The notes: generated by a model not told the origin, from the sequence alone. Shown: positions 20,153-34,852, counted from the first letter of the stretch. The stretch: DNA of 64,000 nucleotides from the human T2T-CHM13v2.0 reference genome, Homo sapiens (GCF_009914755.1 NC_060935.1); one strand, 5' to 3'. Numbers and translations: made by a program.

Positions 20153-21729
20153 TAATTAGTTGGGAAGTGTTCTCACCTCTTTTGTTTTCTGGAAAAGCTG
20201 TGTAGAACTGATATTTTTTCCTTAACGATCTGGAGTATTCTTTGTTGGAAGGTTTTTAGCAATGACTTTAATTTCTTTAGTAGATATAAGACTACTCAAG
20301 CTATCTATTTTTTCTTTAGTGTGGTGTGATTGTTTTTATCTTTTAAGTAATTTTTTTATTTTATATAAGGTGTCAAATTTCTTGTCATAAAATTATTCAT
20401 AAAATTTCCTTATTATTTTAATGTCTATGGTATCTATACAGATTTACAGACTTCCATTTTTATGTTGATAATTAATATTTTCTCATTTTCTTTTCTGATC
20501 CAGTGTCACTAGGATGTTGTTTTTATTGATTTTTCTCTAGTTCTTTCATGTTTTATTGGTTTTGCCCTTTATTTATTATTTCTTTCCTTATATCTCCTTT
20601 TTGTTTCATTTTCTCTTGTTTTTCATGTTCCTTAAGTTGAAACTTAAATCATTATTTTGAAATGATACTTTTTTTTGAACATAAGCATTTACCGCTATAG
20701 TTTTCCTCATAAGCACTACTTTGTTTGTGTCCTACAGATTTTGATATTTGTGTTTTTATTTCCAGTTCATTCTAAAATAATTTTAATATCCCTGTTATTT
20801 TTCTTTAATTTGTGGATAATTTGGAAAGATATTATTTAATTTCTAAATATCTGGAGATTTTCCAGATGTCTATGAGTAAATTTTAATTTCATTTCATTCT
20901 TGACAAAAAATATACTTCATTATAATGTTAGTCTTCTTGAGTTTAAGGGCCAAGAATATGGTTTATCTTGGTGGATGTTCAGTATACACTTGAAAAGAAT
21001 GTGCATTTTGCTGTTGTAGGATGGAGTATTGATGGGTGGAGTGAATATCAGTTAGGTCATGTTGATTGATAACATTGTTCACGTCTTTTATATTCTTACT
21101 TCTTCTCTTTTCGTATGTTCAGTCAATTACTACTAATAGAGCAGTGTTTAAATCTCTAACTCTACTTGTGGATTTGACTGTTTCTACTCTTGATTATATC
21201 AGATTTGTTTAGTGTATTTTGAAAGTCTGTTATTAGATGCATACACATTTATAATTGTTATGTCTGTTTGATGATTTGAGGACCCTTTATCAATGAAATG
21301 TCTGTTTCCTCCATGGAAATGTTCCTTAGTCTGGAATCTTCTTTGAGATTAATACAGTCACTTCAGCTTTCTTTTGACTAGTATTTACATGGCCTAATTT
21401 GTTTTTTATCCTTTAAAAATCTTTTTTTGTGTTGATATTTTAAGTAGGTTTTTTGTAGACAGCATATAGTTGACTCATGCTTTGTTATCCAATCTGACCA
21501 TTTCTCTTCTTTCAACTGAAGTTATTAAGTATACACATTGAATGTAATTGTCAATGTTTAAATCTGCCTTTTCTAATTCTAATTGTTTCATCCATACTTT
21601 TGTTCTTATTTTTCTCTTGGATTGAGCACTTTTATTATTCCATTTTATCTGTAATAATGGCAGACTATATATACTGATTAGCTTTTTAGTGGCTATTTTA
21701 GTATTTGAAATTATACCTCTTTATCTTAT

Positions 21730-23310
21730 CTAATCTTAATTATTTCCTTTCTTCTGCTTACTTTAATTTGTTCTTATTTTTCTGGATTTTTAGAACAGAA
21801 GCTGAGGTTATTGACATGAAATTTTTGTCCTTGTCAAATAGATATTTAGTGCTGTAAATTTCCCTGTAAATACTGCTTTGGCTGCATTCCACAAATTTTA
21901 ATATGTGTGTTTTCATTTTAATTCAGGTCAAAATACTTGCTAGTTTTCCTTTGGATTTCTTCTTTGACCTATGGATTATTTAGAAATGTGTTGAGGCCAG
22001 GCACAGTGGCTCATGCCTGTAATCCCAGCACTTTGGGAGGCTGAGGTATTGAGCTCAGGAGTTCAAGACCAGCCTGGCCAATATAGCAAGACTCCATCTC
22101 TACAAAAAAATTTAAAAATATATCCAGGCATGGTGACATGTGCCTGTAGTCACAGCTACTCGTAAGGTTAAGGTGGGAGGATCTCTTGAGCCTAGGAGAT
22201 TGAGGCTGCAGTGAGCTGTGATTGTGCTACTGCACTCCAGTCTGGGCAACAAAGCAAGACCTTGTCTCAAAATAAATAAACAGAGAGAGAGAGAGAGAGA
22301 CACACACATGTATTAGTTTCCAAATACACTGATATTTTTTAGATTCCTTTTCATTATTTATTTCTAATTTATTTCCATTGTGGTAAGAAAATATACTTTG
22401 TATGATTGAAATTCTCAAATTTAAATGAAACCTGTTTTATAATTCAAATATAATCTGTCCTGTATAGTGTTCTTGGTGCACCTAAAAAAAAAGAATGTAT
22501 ATTCTATTACTGTTTGGTAAACGGCTCTTTATAAAATGCCATTAGTTAGGCCCAGTGAGCTGATAGTGTTATTTAGGTATTCAAATCTCTGACTATAATT
22601 AGGGATGTGTCTGTATATTTATCCTCACAGTTCTTTTAGTTTTTGCTTCATGTATTTTGAGAGTGTGCTGTGAGGTGTGTAAACATTTAGAATTTTTATA
22701 CATTTTTAATGAGTTGAGGCCTTTATCATAATGTAATAGCTCTATTTGTCCCTGGTAATATTTATTGCTTTGACATATAATTTGTCTGATATTAATTTAG
22801 CCACTCCAGATATATTTTTATTAGTATTAGTATGGCATTTATTTTTATTAGTGTTAATTATTTTTATTAGTTAATTCTTTTACTTTTTATCTATTTGTAT
22901 CTGTACATTTAAGGTAGATTTCTTGAAGGCAGCATATAATTGAGTCTTGCCATTTATTGAATCAGGCAATTGTTGCCTTTATTTAGAGGTTCAGACCATT
23001 CACATTTAAGTAATTATTGGGATAGTTTAGTTTAAATTTACTACCTTACTATCTGATTTCTATTTCTATCAAAATTTGTCTCTTCTAATCTTTTTCTCTT
23101 TTCCTTTTCGCTGCCTTTTTTGGATTAACTGAATATTTTTAATCATTGATTTCGTCTCCTTTTTTGGTTTATTAGCTATAACTCCTTGTTTTATTTTAGC
23201 CAATTCTTTCAGGTTTAGAGTATATATCTTTAACTTATACTGGCTAACTTGAAGTGATATTATGCCATTTATACTATATATAGTATAAGAAACTTACAAC
23301 AGTTTCAACA
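21730..23310 (-). mobile_element. Second L1M fragment covering the ORF2 N-terminal region
   Basis: Diverged homologue of 20570-21700, e.g. gctgtaaatttccctgtaaatactgctttgg vs gctatagttttcctcataagcactactttg. Confidence 0.65.
21995..22308 (+). mobile_element. AluJ with (GA)n(CA)n tail
   Basis: ggccaggcacagtggctcatgcc start, J-type right arm, short left-arm deletion. Confidence 0.9.
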
Positions 23311-23914
23311 ATTCTAGCTGGGGTTATTTGGGTTAATAAAATAAACATTTATGCATCTCAATATCGATTTTTCAACCCCAGAGAGGACTCTAAGTGGTCC
23401 TGTTTGGATTATGTGCTTATCCCTAAACAAACAACAGTGGACAAGGGCATGAATGCTTTGGTCAACCTGAATTCCCGCAGAAATTTCTGAAGGAAATTCA
23501 TAAAGGTGGGAAGGAGTTCACCAAACAACCTAAGAAAAGGAATGCAAAAGTGCACGGATTAGACAAAAACTACAGTGATCAAAGGCCACTACAACCATAC
23601 AGATCACAGAAAGAGTTTATAGATCGACAGATAGAGAATTCACATCAGCTTGCTATAAATTCCCAATATATCTTTCTAACAATACCATATTTAGCCACAG
23701 AAAGCAGGGGTAAATGAAGCTTTCTTTGTATGGTGTTTTTCTTCCCCTTGTGCTTTCCAGGGTACCCAGCTGTCAGTAACACTTCTTCACATCTGATACC
23801 TGTCAAGCTTAAAAAAAAAAAAAAAAAAGCCAAATACTCTGCCACCCTTTATATTTGACTTTTATTATCATTCCAGAAAACTTTTAGTAAGAATCTAAGC
23901 ATTTCTGTGTAAAT

Positions 23915-24118
23915 CAGAGTTCCTCAACCTTAGCACTATTGACCTTTTGGACTAGATAATTTTTTGTATTGAGTGGCTTCCCTCTGCATCATCCCTGAGC
24001 TCTACCCACTAGATATCAGTAACACACCCTCCTCCACAGTTGTGACGAGCAAAAATTCCTCCAGATAGTGTCAAATGTCTTGTTGGGGAGCAAAATTACT
24101 CCCGGTTGAGAACCACTG
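23915..24118 (+). mobile_element. MER20 (hAT-Charlie)
   Basis: cagagttcctcaaccttagcactattgac...ggttgagaaccactg with terminal inverted repeats. Confidence 0.85.
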
Positions 24119-24639
24119 ATTGAAGGGAATGTTTACAAACATCAAGAGCTACAGCTTCTTGACAACAAATCAGCATCAGCTCATGGGGAGAAAGCAGAAT
24201 TAGCATCAGATGCCAATGAACTCTTGTTCCATATCCCAGCAAGCCCATATCTCCTCAAAACATAGTGTCTGTTGTTTACCACTGATGATTTAGCTCCCAG
24301 CATCTGGAAAAAACAATGCTCAAATACCACAACCACAACAAATGCTAAAAGAATAGGTGAATGGATGAATAAATTAATGGATGGATGAATGAGTGAAAAT
24401 TTAAAAATCTGGATGATTATTCACACTGTTGCTCTTGGGAAATGAATGACATAGGCTAGTATATGTATGAGAAAATGGGATATTTTACTATTTTACTTGA
24501 AAATTTCTATATTGGAATTTTGTCATTTTAATTTTATAATTTAGAAAACTTTAAAGGATTTATTTTACAAGCACTTGAAAATAAAATCAAGCATTTTCTC
24601 CTTGAGAACTTTTTTAAAAATTTGCTTGTTTTCATTAGA

Positions 24640-24750
24640 AGAGTCAACTAATATTTATTGAGCATCTTTTATTGTTGAACTAGGGGCTGTTCTAGGCAGC
24701 TGGGATGCAACAAGACAGAGAAAGTTTCTGTTCTTATAGAGCTTACATTC
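24640..24750 (-). mobile_element. L2 3' end fragment
   Basis: aatatttattgagcatc...ctgttctaggcagctggg...gagcttacattc. Confidence 0.6.
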
Positions 24751-25253
24751 CTTTTTTTGATACAAAATATTATAGATATATATGGGGTACATATGAATAT
24801 TTATTACATGCATAGAATGTGTCTTCGTCAAGTCAGAGTTTTTGGAGGATCCATTATCTTGAGTATTTATCATTCCTATGTGTTGGTAACATTTCAAGTC
24901 CTCTCTTCTAGCTACTTTGTAATATAAAATATATTGTTGCTACTATAGTCACTCTACTCTGCTATCAAATATTGGAGCCTATTCTTCTATCAAACTGTAT
25001 GTTTATATCTACTAACCAACTTCCCTATATCCCACCTGCCACCCACACACCCTTCCTACCCTCTGGTATCTACTATTCTAGTCTCTATCTCCATGAGATT
25101 AACTTGTTTAGCTCCCACATATGAGTGAGAACATGTATCTGTCTTTCTGTGCCTGACTTATTTCACTTAACGTAATGACCTCCATTTCCATTCCTGTTGC
25201 TGCAAATGACATGATTTCATTCTTTTTTATGGCTGAATAATGTTCAATTGCGC

Positions 25254-25278
25254 ATATATATATATATATATATATATA
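25254..25278. repeat. (AT)12 microsatellite within L1
   Basis: Read directly. Confidence 0.93.
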
Positions 25279-26501
25279 GCACATTTTCTTTATTAATTTG
25301 TCCGTCGATGGACACTTAGATTGATTCCATGTCTTTGCTGTTAAGAATGCCCCTGAAGTAAACATGCAAGTGCAGGTATCCCTCTGATACACGGATTTCC
25401 TTTCCTTTGGTTAAATACCTGGTAGTGGCATTGCTGGATCATATGGTAGTTCTATTTTTAGTTTTTGGAGAAGACTCCATGTTGTTTTCCATAGTGGTTG
25501 TACTAATTTACATTCACACCAACAGTATATAAGAATTGCCTTTTCTCCACATTGTTGCTAGCATGTTATTTTTTGTCTTTTTAATAATAGCCATTCTAAC
25601 TGGGATAAGATGATATCTCAATGTGGTTTTATTTTGCATTTCCCTAATTACTAGTGATGCTGAGCATTTTTTCATAAACTTCTTGGCCATTTGTATGTAT
25701 GTCTTTTCTTGATAAATATCTATTCATGTCTTTTGCCCACTTTTAATGATATTATTTGGGTTTTTAAAAATTTTTTAGTTGTTTGAGTTCCTTTTATATC
25801 CTGCATACTAGTCCCTCATAGGATGACTAGTTTGCAAGTATTTTCTCATTCAACACATTTTCTCCTCACTCTGTTGATTGTTTCCTTTGCTGTGCATGAG
25901 CTTTTAAATTTAATAAATTTAATATAATCCCATTTGTTTATTTTTTGTTTTATTGTCTGCTCTTCAGGCAGGCCTTAGCCATGAAATATTTGCCCAGAAT
26001 GATGTCTTGAAATGTTTTCTCCATTTTTTTAGTAGTTTTACAGTCTCAGGTCTTATGTTTAAGTCTATAATTTATCTTCTGTTTATTTTTGTACATGAGA
26101 AGCCATAGGTATCCAGTTTCCTTTTTCTGTATGTGGATCTCCAATTTTCCCAGCACCATTTATTGAAGAATGTATTCTTTCTCCTTGGTGCCTTCATCAA
26201 AAATCAGTTGGCTGTAAATACATGGATTCATTTCTGTACTATCTATCCTGTTCCATTTGCCTATAAGGCTGTTTTTATACCAATACTATGTTGTTTTGGT
26301 TACTGTAGCCTTTTGGTACATTTTGAAGTCAGGTAGTGTGATGCCTCCAGCATTGTCGTTTTTGTTCAGAATTGCTTTGGCTATTCAGGCTCTCTTTTGG
26401 TATTATACACATTGTAGGATTGTTTTATTAATTCTGTGAAAAATTACATTGGTTTTTTGATAGAGATTGCATTAAGTCTATAGTTGCTTTAGGTAGTATG
26501 A

Positions 26502-26822
<321 letters not shown>

Positions 26823-29163
26823 TAACATTATTAATTCTTCTGATCCATGAGCATGGGATGTCTTTCCATTTGTTTTGTCCTCTTCAATTTCTTCATTAGT
26901 GTTTTGTAGTTTTTCTTATAGAGATCTTTCAACGCCTTAGTTAAATTTGTTCTTAGGTATTTTTTGTAGCTATTGTAAATTGGATTACCTTCTTGATTTC
27001 TTTCTTGGCTAGTTCATTATCAGTATATAGAAATGCTACTGATTTTTGTATGTTGATTTGCATTCTGAAACTTTACTAAATTTATCAAATCTAAGAGTTT
27101 TTTGGTGGAGTCTAGGTTTTTCCATAAGATCATATCATCAGCAAAGAAATGGTTGACTTCCTCTTTTCCAATTTGGATGCCTTTTATTTTATTATTTCAT
27201 TTTTTTTAATTTGTTTTCCTCAGAGATCCTTGTTCTGAATGATGCCTTTTATTTCTTTGTCTTGCATGATTGCTCTGGCTAAGATTTCCAGTACCATGTT
27301 GAATAAGAGTGGTGAAAGTGGGTATTTGTGTTGAGTTACAGATCTGAGAAGAAAGGCTTTCATCTTTTCAGTAGTAGTGTTCATACTAACATTCAGTATG
27401 ATGTTATCTGTGGGTTTGTCATAGATGACCTTTATTATTTTGAGACATGTTCCTTCTGCACTTGGTTTATTGAGAGTTTTTATCATGAAGGGATGGTGTA
27501 TTTTATCAAATGCTTTTTCTGCATCTATTGAGATGATCATATGATTTTTGTCCTTGATTTTGTTTATGTGATGTATCACATTTATTGATTTGCATATGTT
27601 GAGCCATCAGTGCATCCCTGGTATAAATCCCATTTGGTCATGGTATATTATCTTTTTGATGTGTGTTGGATTTGACTTGCTAGTAGTTTGTTGAGGATTT
27701 ATGTAGTTTTCTTTTTTGTTGTGTCCTTGTCAGGTTTTGTCACTGGGATAATGTTGGTCTCATATAATGACTTGAGGAGAGGTCTTTCCACTTTCGTTTT
27801 TTGAAATGGTTTTAGGAGGATTTGTATTAGTTCTTCTTTATATGTTTGGTAAATTTCAGCTGTTCATCCATCCAGTAGTTGGGTTTTCTTTCTTGGGAGA
27901 CTTTGTATTACTGATTCAATCTTGCTACTCGTTATTGGTCTGTTTAGGTTTTCTATTTTTTCCTTATTCAATCTTGGTAGCTTGTATATTTCCAGAAATT
28001 TATCCATTCTCCTAGGTTTTCTGGTTTGTTAGTGTACAGTTATTCATAATCGTGTGTGATGATCTTTTGTATTTCTGTGGTATCAGTTGTAATATCTCCC
28101 TTTTCATTTCTTGTTTTGTATTCTGTGTTCTTGGTTAGTCTAGCTAGTGGTTTATCAATTTTGTTTATCTTTTTTTTGAAGAATCAACTTTTCATTTCAT
28201 TTATTCTGTGTATTTTTTAGTCTATCTCATTTAGTTCAGCTCTTTATTATTTCTTTTCTTCTAATTTTGACTTTGGTTTATTCTTGCTTTTGTGGTTCCT
28301 TGAGATGCATCATTGGGTTGTTTGTTTGAAATCTTTCTACTTCTTTGATGTAGGCATTTATTGCCTATGTCAAACTTCCTCTTAACACTGCTTTCACTCT
28401 ATCCCATTGGTTTTGGCACATGTCTTATTTACATTTGTTTCAAGAAATTTTTTGCTTTTCATCTTAATTTCTTAATTGACCCAGTGGTCATTCAGAAGCA
28501 TGTTTTTTAATTTCCATGTATCTGTAGGTACCAGAGTTCCTCCTAGTATTGATTTATTGTTTTATTCCATTGTGACCTGAAGATACTTGATATGATTTTG
28601 ATTTTTAAAACTGTTGAGAATCGTTTTGTGACCTAACATATGCTGTATCCTGGAGAATGTTTCATCTGCTTAGAAGAATGTATATTTTACAGTTGTTGAA
28701 TAAAATGTTCTGTAAGTGTGTGTTAGTTCCACTTGGTCTAAAGTGTAGTTTAAATCCAATTTTTTGTTGTTGTTGATTTTCTGTCTAGATGATTTGACTA
28801 ATGCTGAAAGTGGGGTGTTGAATTTCCCCAATATTATTTTATGGGAGTCTGTCTCTCTCTTTAGCTCTAGTTATATTTGCTTTATGAATCTGGGCACTCC
28901 AGGGTTGGATGCATAAATATTCAGAATTGTTGTATCATACCTCTTGCTGGATTGATCCCTTTATCATTATATAATGACCATCTTTGTCTTTGTCATTTTT
29001 ACTGTTTTTGACCTAAAGTCTGTTTGATCTGATCTAAGTATAGCTACTTCTGCTGACTTTGGGTTTCTGTTTGAGTGGAATTTTTTTGCATCCCTTTACT
29101 TTGGGTGTATATGTATCTTGACAGGTAAAGTGTATTTGTTGTAGGCAGCATATAGTTGGATAA

Positions 29164-29546
<383 letters not shown>

Positions 29547-32140
29547 TAATATGCAAGGCTTTGTTCCTGTCATGCTCTTAATTGTTTTCTGATCGTTTTG
29601 TATGTTCTTTATTCCTCTCTTTTTTTCTAATTGTCATTTTGGTTTGGTTGTTTTCTGTAGTTGTACCATTTGAATTCTTTCTCTTCCTCATTTGTGTGTT
29701 TGGTGTACCAGTGAGTTTTATACTTTGATGTGTTTTCATGATGGTAAATGTTATCTTTTTTATTCCGGGTTTAGGACTTCTTTGGATATTTCTTCTAGGG
29801 CCAGTCTGGTGGTGATAAATTCCCTCAGCATTTTCTTCTCTGGGAAGGACTTTTTTTGTGAAGGATAATTTTGCTACATAGTATATACTTAAGTGGCTTT
29901 TTTTCTTCACCACTTTGAATATGTCTCTCTTGCCCTGTATTGTTTCTGCTGAGAAATACTTTCTTAGCCTGATGGGGTTTCCTTTATAGGTGACTAGACA
30001 CTTTTGTCTTGCTGTTGTTGGAATCCCCTCTTTATCTTTGACTTTAAGTAGTTTGACTATAATACGCTGCAGAGAAGACCTTCTTGCTCTGTATTTGTGT
30101 GGGGTTCTCTGAGCCCCCTATATGAGTCTTTTCTAGATTGGGGAAGTTTTCATCTATTATTTCATTAAATAGATTTTCTAATCCTTTCATTCTCTCTTTG
30201 CCCTTGGGGACACTGATAATTAGAATATTGAGTCACTATGTTGTCCCATAGGTCACAAAGCCTTTCTCATTCTTTTTTATTCTTTTTATTTATTTTTGTC
30301 TGACTGGATTATTTCAAAAGATTTCAAGTTCTGAGATTCTTTCTTCTGCTTAATCTAATCTATTGTTGGAGGTTTTGACTGTATTTTGTATTTTATTCAA
30401 TGAATTCTTCAGTTCCGGAATTTATGTTTGGTTCTTTTAAAAAAAATGTGTATCTCTTTGATGAATTCTTTTCCAATTTTCTGTATTGTTTTTCAAAATT
30501 ATCTTGTTTGCTGAGCTTCTTTAAAATCAGTAATTTGAATTATTTACCCATGATTTCATTGATTTTTTATTGGTATCTGTTGCTGTAGAATTATTGTGTT
30601 CCTTTGAAGGTGTCATATTTCCTTGCTTTTTCATGTTTCCTATGTCCTTATGTTAATATCTGCACATCTGATGTAACAATCACTTCTTCCATGTTTTTTA
30701 AATTTGCTTTTGTAGAGAGGACTCTTCTCTGAAGATTATCTATGATGTTGGTTGAGTAGGGCACTTTGGCTTTGATTTTGGATGCAAGCAATAGCGTAGT
30801 TTCTGTATGATCTCCTTGGCTATAAATAGTATCAGTGGTATCTGTGATTTATTTCCTTGATAGCTTAGGGTGTGGTTATTAGTGGAGGCTGTGGTAAAGT
30901 TTTCTGGGAACTAGGTTATTAGGTAGGCCAGTGGTACGGCAGTGGTCTGAAGATGCCTGTCTTTGAGCCCCAGAGTGATGTATGCTGGCTCTGGTATTAG
31001 TGGGTCCAAGTGGGCCAATTACTGGGCTTCCAGGTGGCTTGCTGAAATGCTAGTAGTGGCAGCAGTGGGCCTGGCATGTGGACTGGTTCTCTTGCCCTTG
31101 GTCAGCAGACTTGATGTGGGCAATGGCAATAGCAGTGATTGGGCCACTCACTGAAATCCAAGTTGGTCTGAGCTGTAATGGGTTGGATGGGCCAGTCTCA
31201 TGGTGCTTGCAAGTGGGTGCCAATTGTGGTGGTTATCAGGGGGTTGAGTTGCCCGCACCTCAGACCCTGGGAAGAGTGCACATGTGCCAACAGTGGTGGA
31301 CTAGGCTGGGTGATTTCCAAGCCCCTGGATGGCATGCTCAAGTACTGAGAAGACAGGACTAGGTTGGCAGAATTGAGACTTGTCCTCAGGTCCCCTGGTA
31401 ATATGTTCAGGCATGGCTATGATAGGTAGGAACAAGGTGGTCCCCAGGCAGTCAGCAGAATGCTCAGGTGAGGGCACTGGTGGCTTCAGTTCAGGGCTGC
31501 CACTGGGGAGGGCACAGACACTCTCATTGGGAGCAGCATAGGTAGGTAGTTGTGCAGCATGTGATTTGCTCATGCCTCAGTCCCCCAGCAGCTTGCAGCT
31601 CTAGTGACAGCGGGATTTATCCTTAGGGTACACAAAAGTATCTGGCCTCATCTCCTCCCTGGCCTGGTGGTAGCATCAGTGGCATCAAAACCAGGGCAAG
31701 ACATAGTCCTTTAGGGGCTCGGCTTTCAGAATGTCACTGTGCTGCTCAGGGCTTACAGGCCTGTGGGTCACAGCATGAGCTCCCTCTTTGAAGCAATACC
31801 ACTGTGCAATTTCTAGGCAGCTCTCTGTGTTAGTCTCTAGGCCTGTGAGGATCGAGGGGCTCTCCTGTCAGTAAGATAGTATGTGGTGGGAATGTGGACC
31901 CTGGGAGGTCTCTCACTTACCCTTTCCCTGTGTTAGGGAGCTTCTCCCAGCTCCCAGCCAAACCCCCCGAGCAGGCTACATTGCTTCCATTTCCTCTGTT
32001 ACCTTTGGTGCTTCCTGTCACTTTTTTGTGGAATTCCAGTGTTCTCTCTTAGATGATCTATTCCAAGTGTGAATATCTACTTGCTATTTTGGTTCTTTTC
32101 CATGGTAGAGGCACATAGCTGCCTGTTGTTTGTTTGTTCC

Positions 32141-32276
32141 TTTTTTTTTTTTTCTTTTTAAGAGACAGCATCTTGCTAGATTGCCTAAGCTGTACTTGTA
32201 CTCCTGGGCCCAAGTGATCCTCCTGCCTTAGCCTCCAGAGTAGCTAGGATTGTAGGCACGAGCCACTGCACCCAGC
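32141..32276 (-). mobile_element. FLAM (Alu monomer)
   Basis: Poly-T, then a single arm agagacagcatcttgc...gagccactgcacccagc. Confidence 0.82.
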
Positions 32277-34421
32277 TAATTTGCTATTTTGTAAAGTACA
32301 AATATGGACTTTTGCCTGGTTTACATTCTGAATATACCATCAAGTCTGAGGTTTGATTTTTTTCTCTTTTAACTTATGAGTAAATAGCCATATTGTATAA
32401 ATATTTTTGAATGGGCTTATGTCGGAGGAAAACAAACAAACCAACATACCTAGCATGGAAGTAATCTGACACATCACATTTAATTATGTGCCTCAGCCTT
32501 GAGGGCAGAGATTAGACGGCATGCATTTTCACATCCCGAACCTTACAAAGTGTGTGCACAGTGCGGGCCCTCAGGAAATGTATGTTGAAAGAATTGATTA
32601 GGAAGTTTCATAGGCATAGTTTTGGTTAATTCTGTATTTACTTTGCCAAACCAAGATTTTCTGAGAAGGATGAGGGGAGAGGAGAGAGCTAGGTGCCGTG
32701 AAAAGCCTTTTAAAGGAAGAACAGAAGTTGAAGAGCAAAGTGGGCCAGGGAGTCAGGAAACAAAAGGGTGATGTGTGGGGACAGCTGTGGTCTCTCTTTC
32801 CTTTCTGCCACCAGCAGGAGGCTGGGTCAATCCTTCCCTCTTCAGTAAGGGCAGACACTGCTCCTGCAATGGGGAACCCAGCACTGCAGAACAAGCCAGA
32901 GTCTGCTGTGTGTAAAACCTCCAGTCGTATAGAATTCTAGTCCCCAAGCCCCCATATCTCCCAAAAGGGGAATGCCCAGTCACATGGGTCCCTTGAGGTC
33001 ATGGCTCCAGGAACCAGCAAAGCCTAGCTTGCAAGGAGAGGTCATTTATTTACACTGGGCAAGCAATGCATGATGCAAGAAGACACAGAGTCTGCCTTAG
33101 TGACCAAAGAGATCCCTTTGCCTCATTCTCCTGTGGAAGCAATCAAGAAAGGGAGGTTGGGCGAGGTGACCTTCCAGAGCCGAATCTGTGCTTCTAAAAA
33201 TAGAAGCATCCTTGGAGAACTGAGAAGGGGAGGGAAAGCTTTGGACATTGAGGGCAAGAACCTGAATCCCCAGAGCATTGTCAGTAGGAAACTGTATTAA
33301 TTAGACACAGGCACCTCAGCTCGATAACCTCAGGTATCTCTCAGAAATTGAAACGAAATGAAATGGCTTTTTTTCCCTCCTTTCTGGTTATACTGTCCCT
33401 GAGCTAAAAAGGAGAAAGAGAATTGTGTCTTCTGACCTATCTGAATGGCTGCACAGTGCCTGAGATATCTTCCCCAGTGGAGGGAAATGGGGAGTCTTTA
33501 GAGGCACGCCAGCAAAAGAAAAGAGCTGCTGCAAAGTGGAACTGTGAAAGGCAGGCAGCAGGGCCACCTGGGGGTCTGGGTCTCTGTTCTCTCCCTGCAA
33601 GGAGGCTGTGCGGGACTAGGCGAGTACTTGGCTGTGTCCAGGGCTCTGAATGTGTGGGCTCGCAGGGTGCCACTCTCAGGCTCATGCAGTGTCCTTGTTT
33701 GGAGCTATGCGATAGACTGTAAGTTTCCAGGGTCCAGTGGAGCCGTGTGCTGGTCTGCACAGATCGTATGCAGCCAGGGTGTGTGCTGAGCTCTGTGGCA
33801 TGGGGATCGCGTGTGGGAGATTGGAGGTATGCAGGAGTATACAGGGAGGATATGGTCGCAAGTTTGAGGGGGCTGTGTACGGGAGTGTGTGGGGTGGTGT
33901 GGAAACCTGTTGAGAGGCTTCATGATGCTGCATAGGGCTGTGTGCAGAGCTACCCTGGGCCGTGGGTGGGGCACTACAGTACTGGAGGGCACCTGTTTGT
34001 GTAACTTTGACTTAGAGGCTCTGTGTGCATTGTAGTAGTGATATGAGTGGAGCCACATAGGGGAGTCTGTGGAGGATTTGTTAAGGCTGTGAGACTTATG
34101 CACTGGAGGATGTGTTCTGGGCTACCTGGACACATGAGTCTGTACAGGGCTGCCGGTGACTGGATACATGGTGGCAGAGGCCTGAACAGGGTTACAGCTT
34201 TGCCATCCAAAGATAGGCTGTGCCTCCTCAGGGTGAGGTGCTCCCAAAGTGCAGGGATTTATTATTCTCCCTGTGACTGACATGAACGGAAGAGATACCA
34301 GGGATTCTACAAGCTGAGCAAAAGGGGCAGTGTGTTCCCTTTCAGTGTGGCCTGAAGCTGAGCCTCTTGCACACCAGGCTGGAGACACTTTCTAATACTT
34401 TAGTTTGTGCTTTCTCAACAG

Positions 34422-34542
34422 GACAACGTGGATCTGGGAGAGCTGATGTTTTCCCTGTGCTATCTTCCAACGGCTGGCAGGCTGACCATTACCATTATAA
34501 AAGCAAGGAATTTAAAGGCAATGGACATAACAGGAGCATCAG
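34422..34542 (+). CDS. SYT9: Synaptotagmin-9 coding exon, start of C2B domain (probably exon 4)
   Basis: Acceptor tttctcaacAG (34420-21) and donor AG|GTgggg (34543). 121 nt, phase 0 to 1. Translates [40 protein letters not shown], matching recalled SYT9 rather than SYT6/SYT10. Confidence 0.96.
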
Positions 34543-34607
34543 GTGGGGCATTTTCAAATTCAGACTTCCTCATGCACTTCTACTGTAGTAAGTACCTTAT
34601 AAAGTTT

Positions 34608-34852
34608 TAGTATGGTAATAAAGCACATTGACTCTGGAACCAGACTGCCTAGGCTTAGCCCTAGTCCTAACACCTGTGTGACCTTGGGCAAGTCATTTTA
34701 CCTCTCTGAGCTTTGGATTCCCATCGGTAAGATGAGAGTAATTATAGCGTCTGGCTCACCGGGCTGTTGTAAAACTGAATTCATAAATATAAAGCCATGA
34801 GAACAGTGCTAGCATATATTAAGTGCTACATATTGTTAATTATTGTTATTAT
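34608..34852 (+). mobile_element. MIR SINE
   Basis: gactctggaaccagactgcct...tgtgtgaccttgggcaagtcattttacctctctgag core. Confidence 0.85.

Noticed and set aside
20570-23310. Apparent segmental tandem duplication
   Set aside because: The two copies are highly diverged and are better explained as two independent L1M fragments.
32805-32826. CTCF-like CCAGCAGGAGGCTG
   Set aside because: Two mismatches to the core consensus, which is expected by chance in 64 kb.
34407-34610. ORF-track 67-aa and 62-aa (36324..36512) ORFs as standalone genes
   Set aside because: They are spliced SYT9 exons with intronic extensions. Splice sites and phases explain them.
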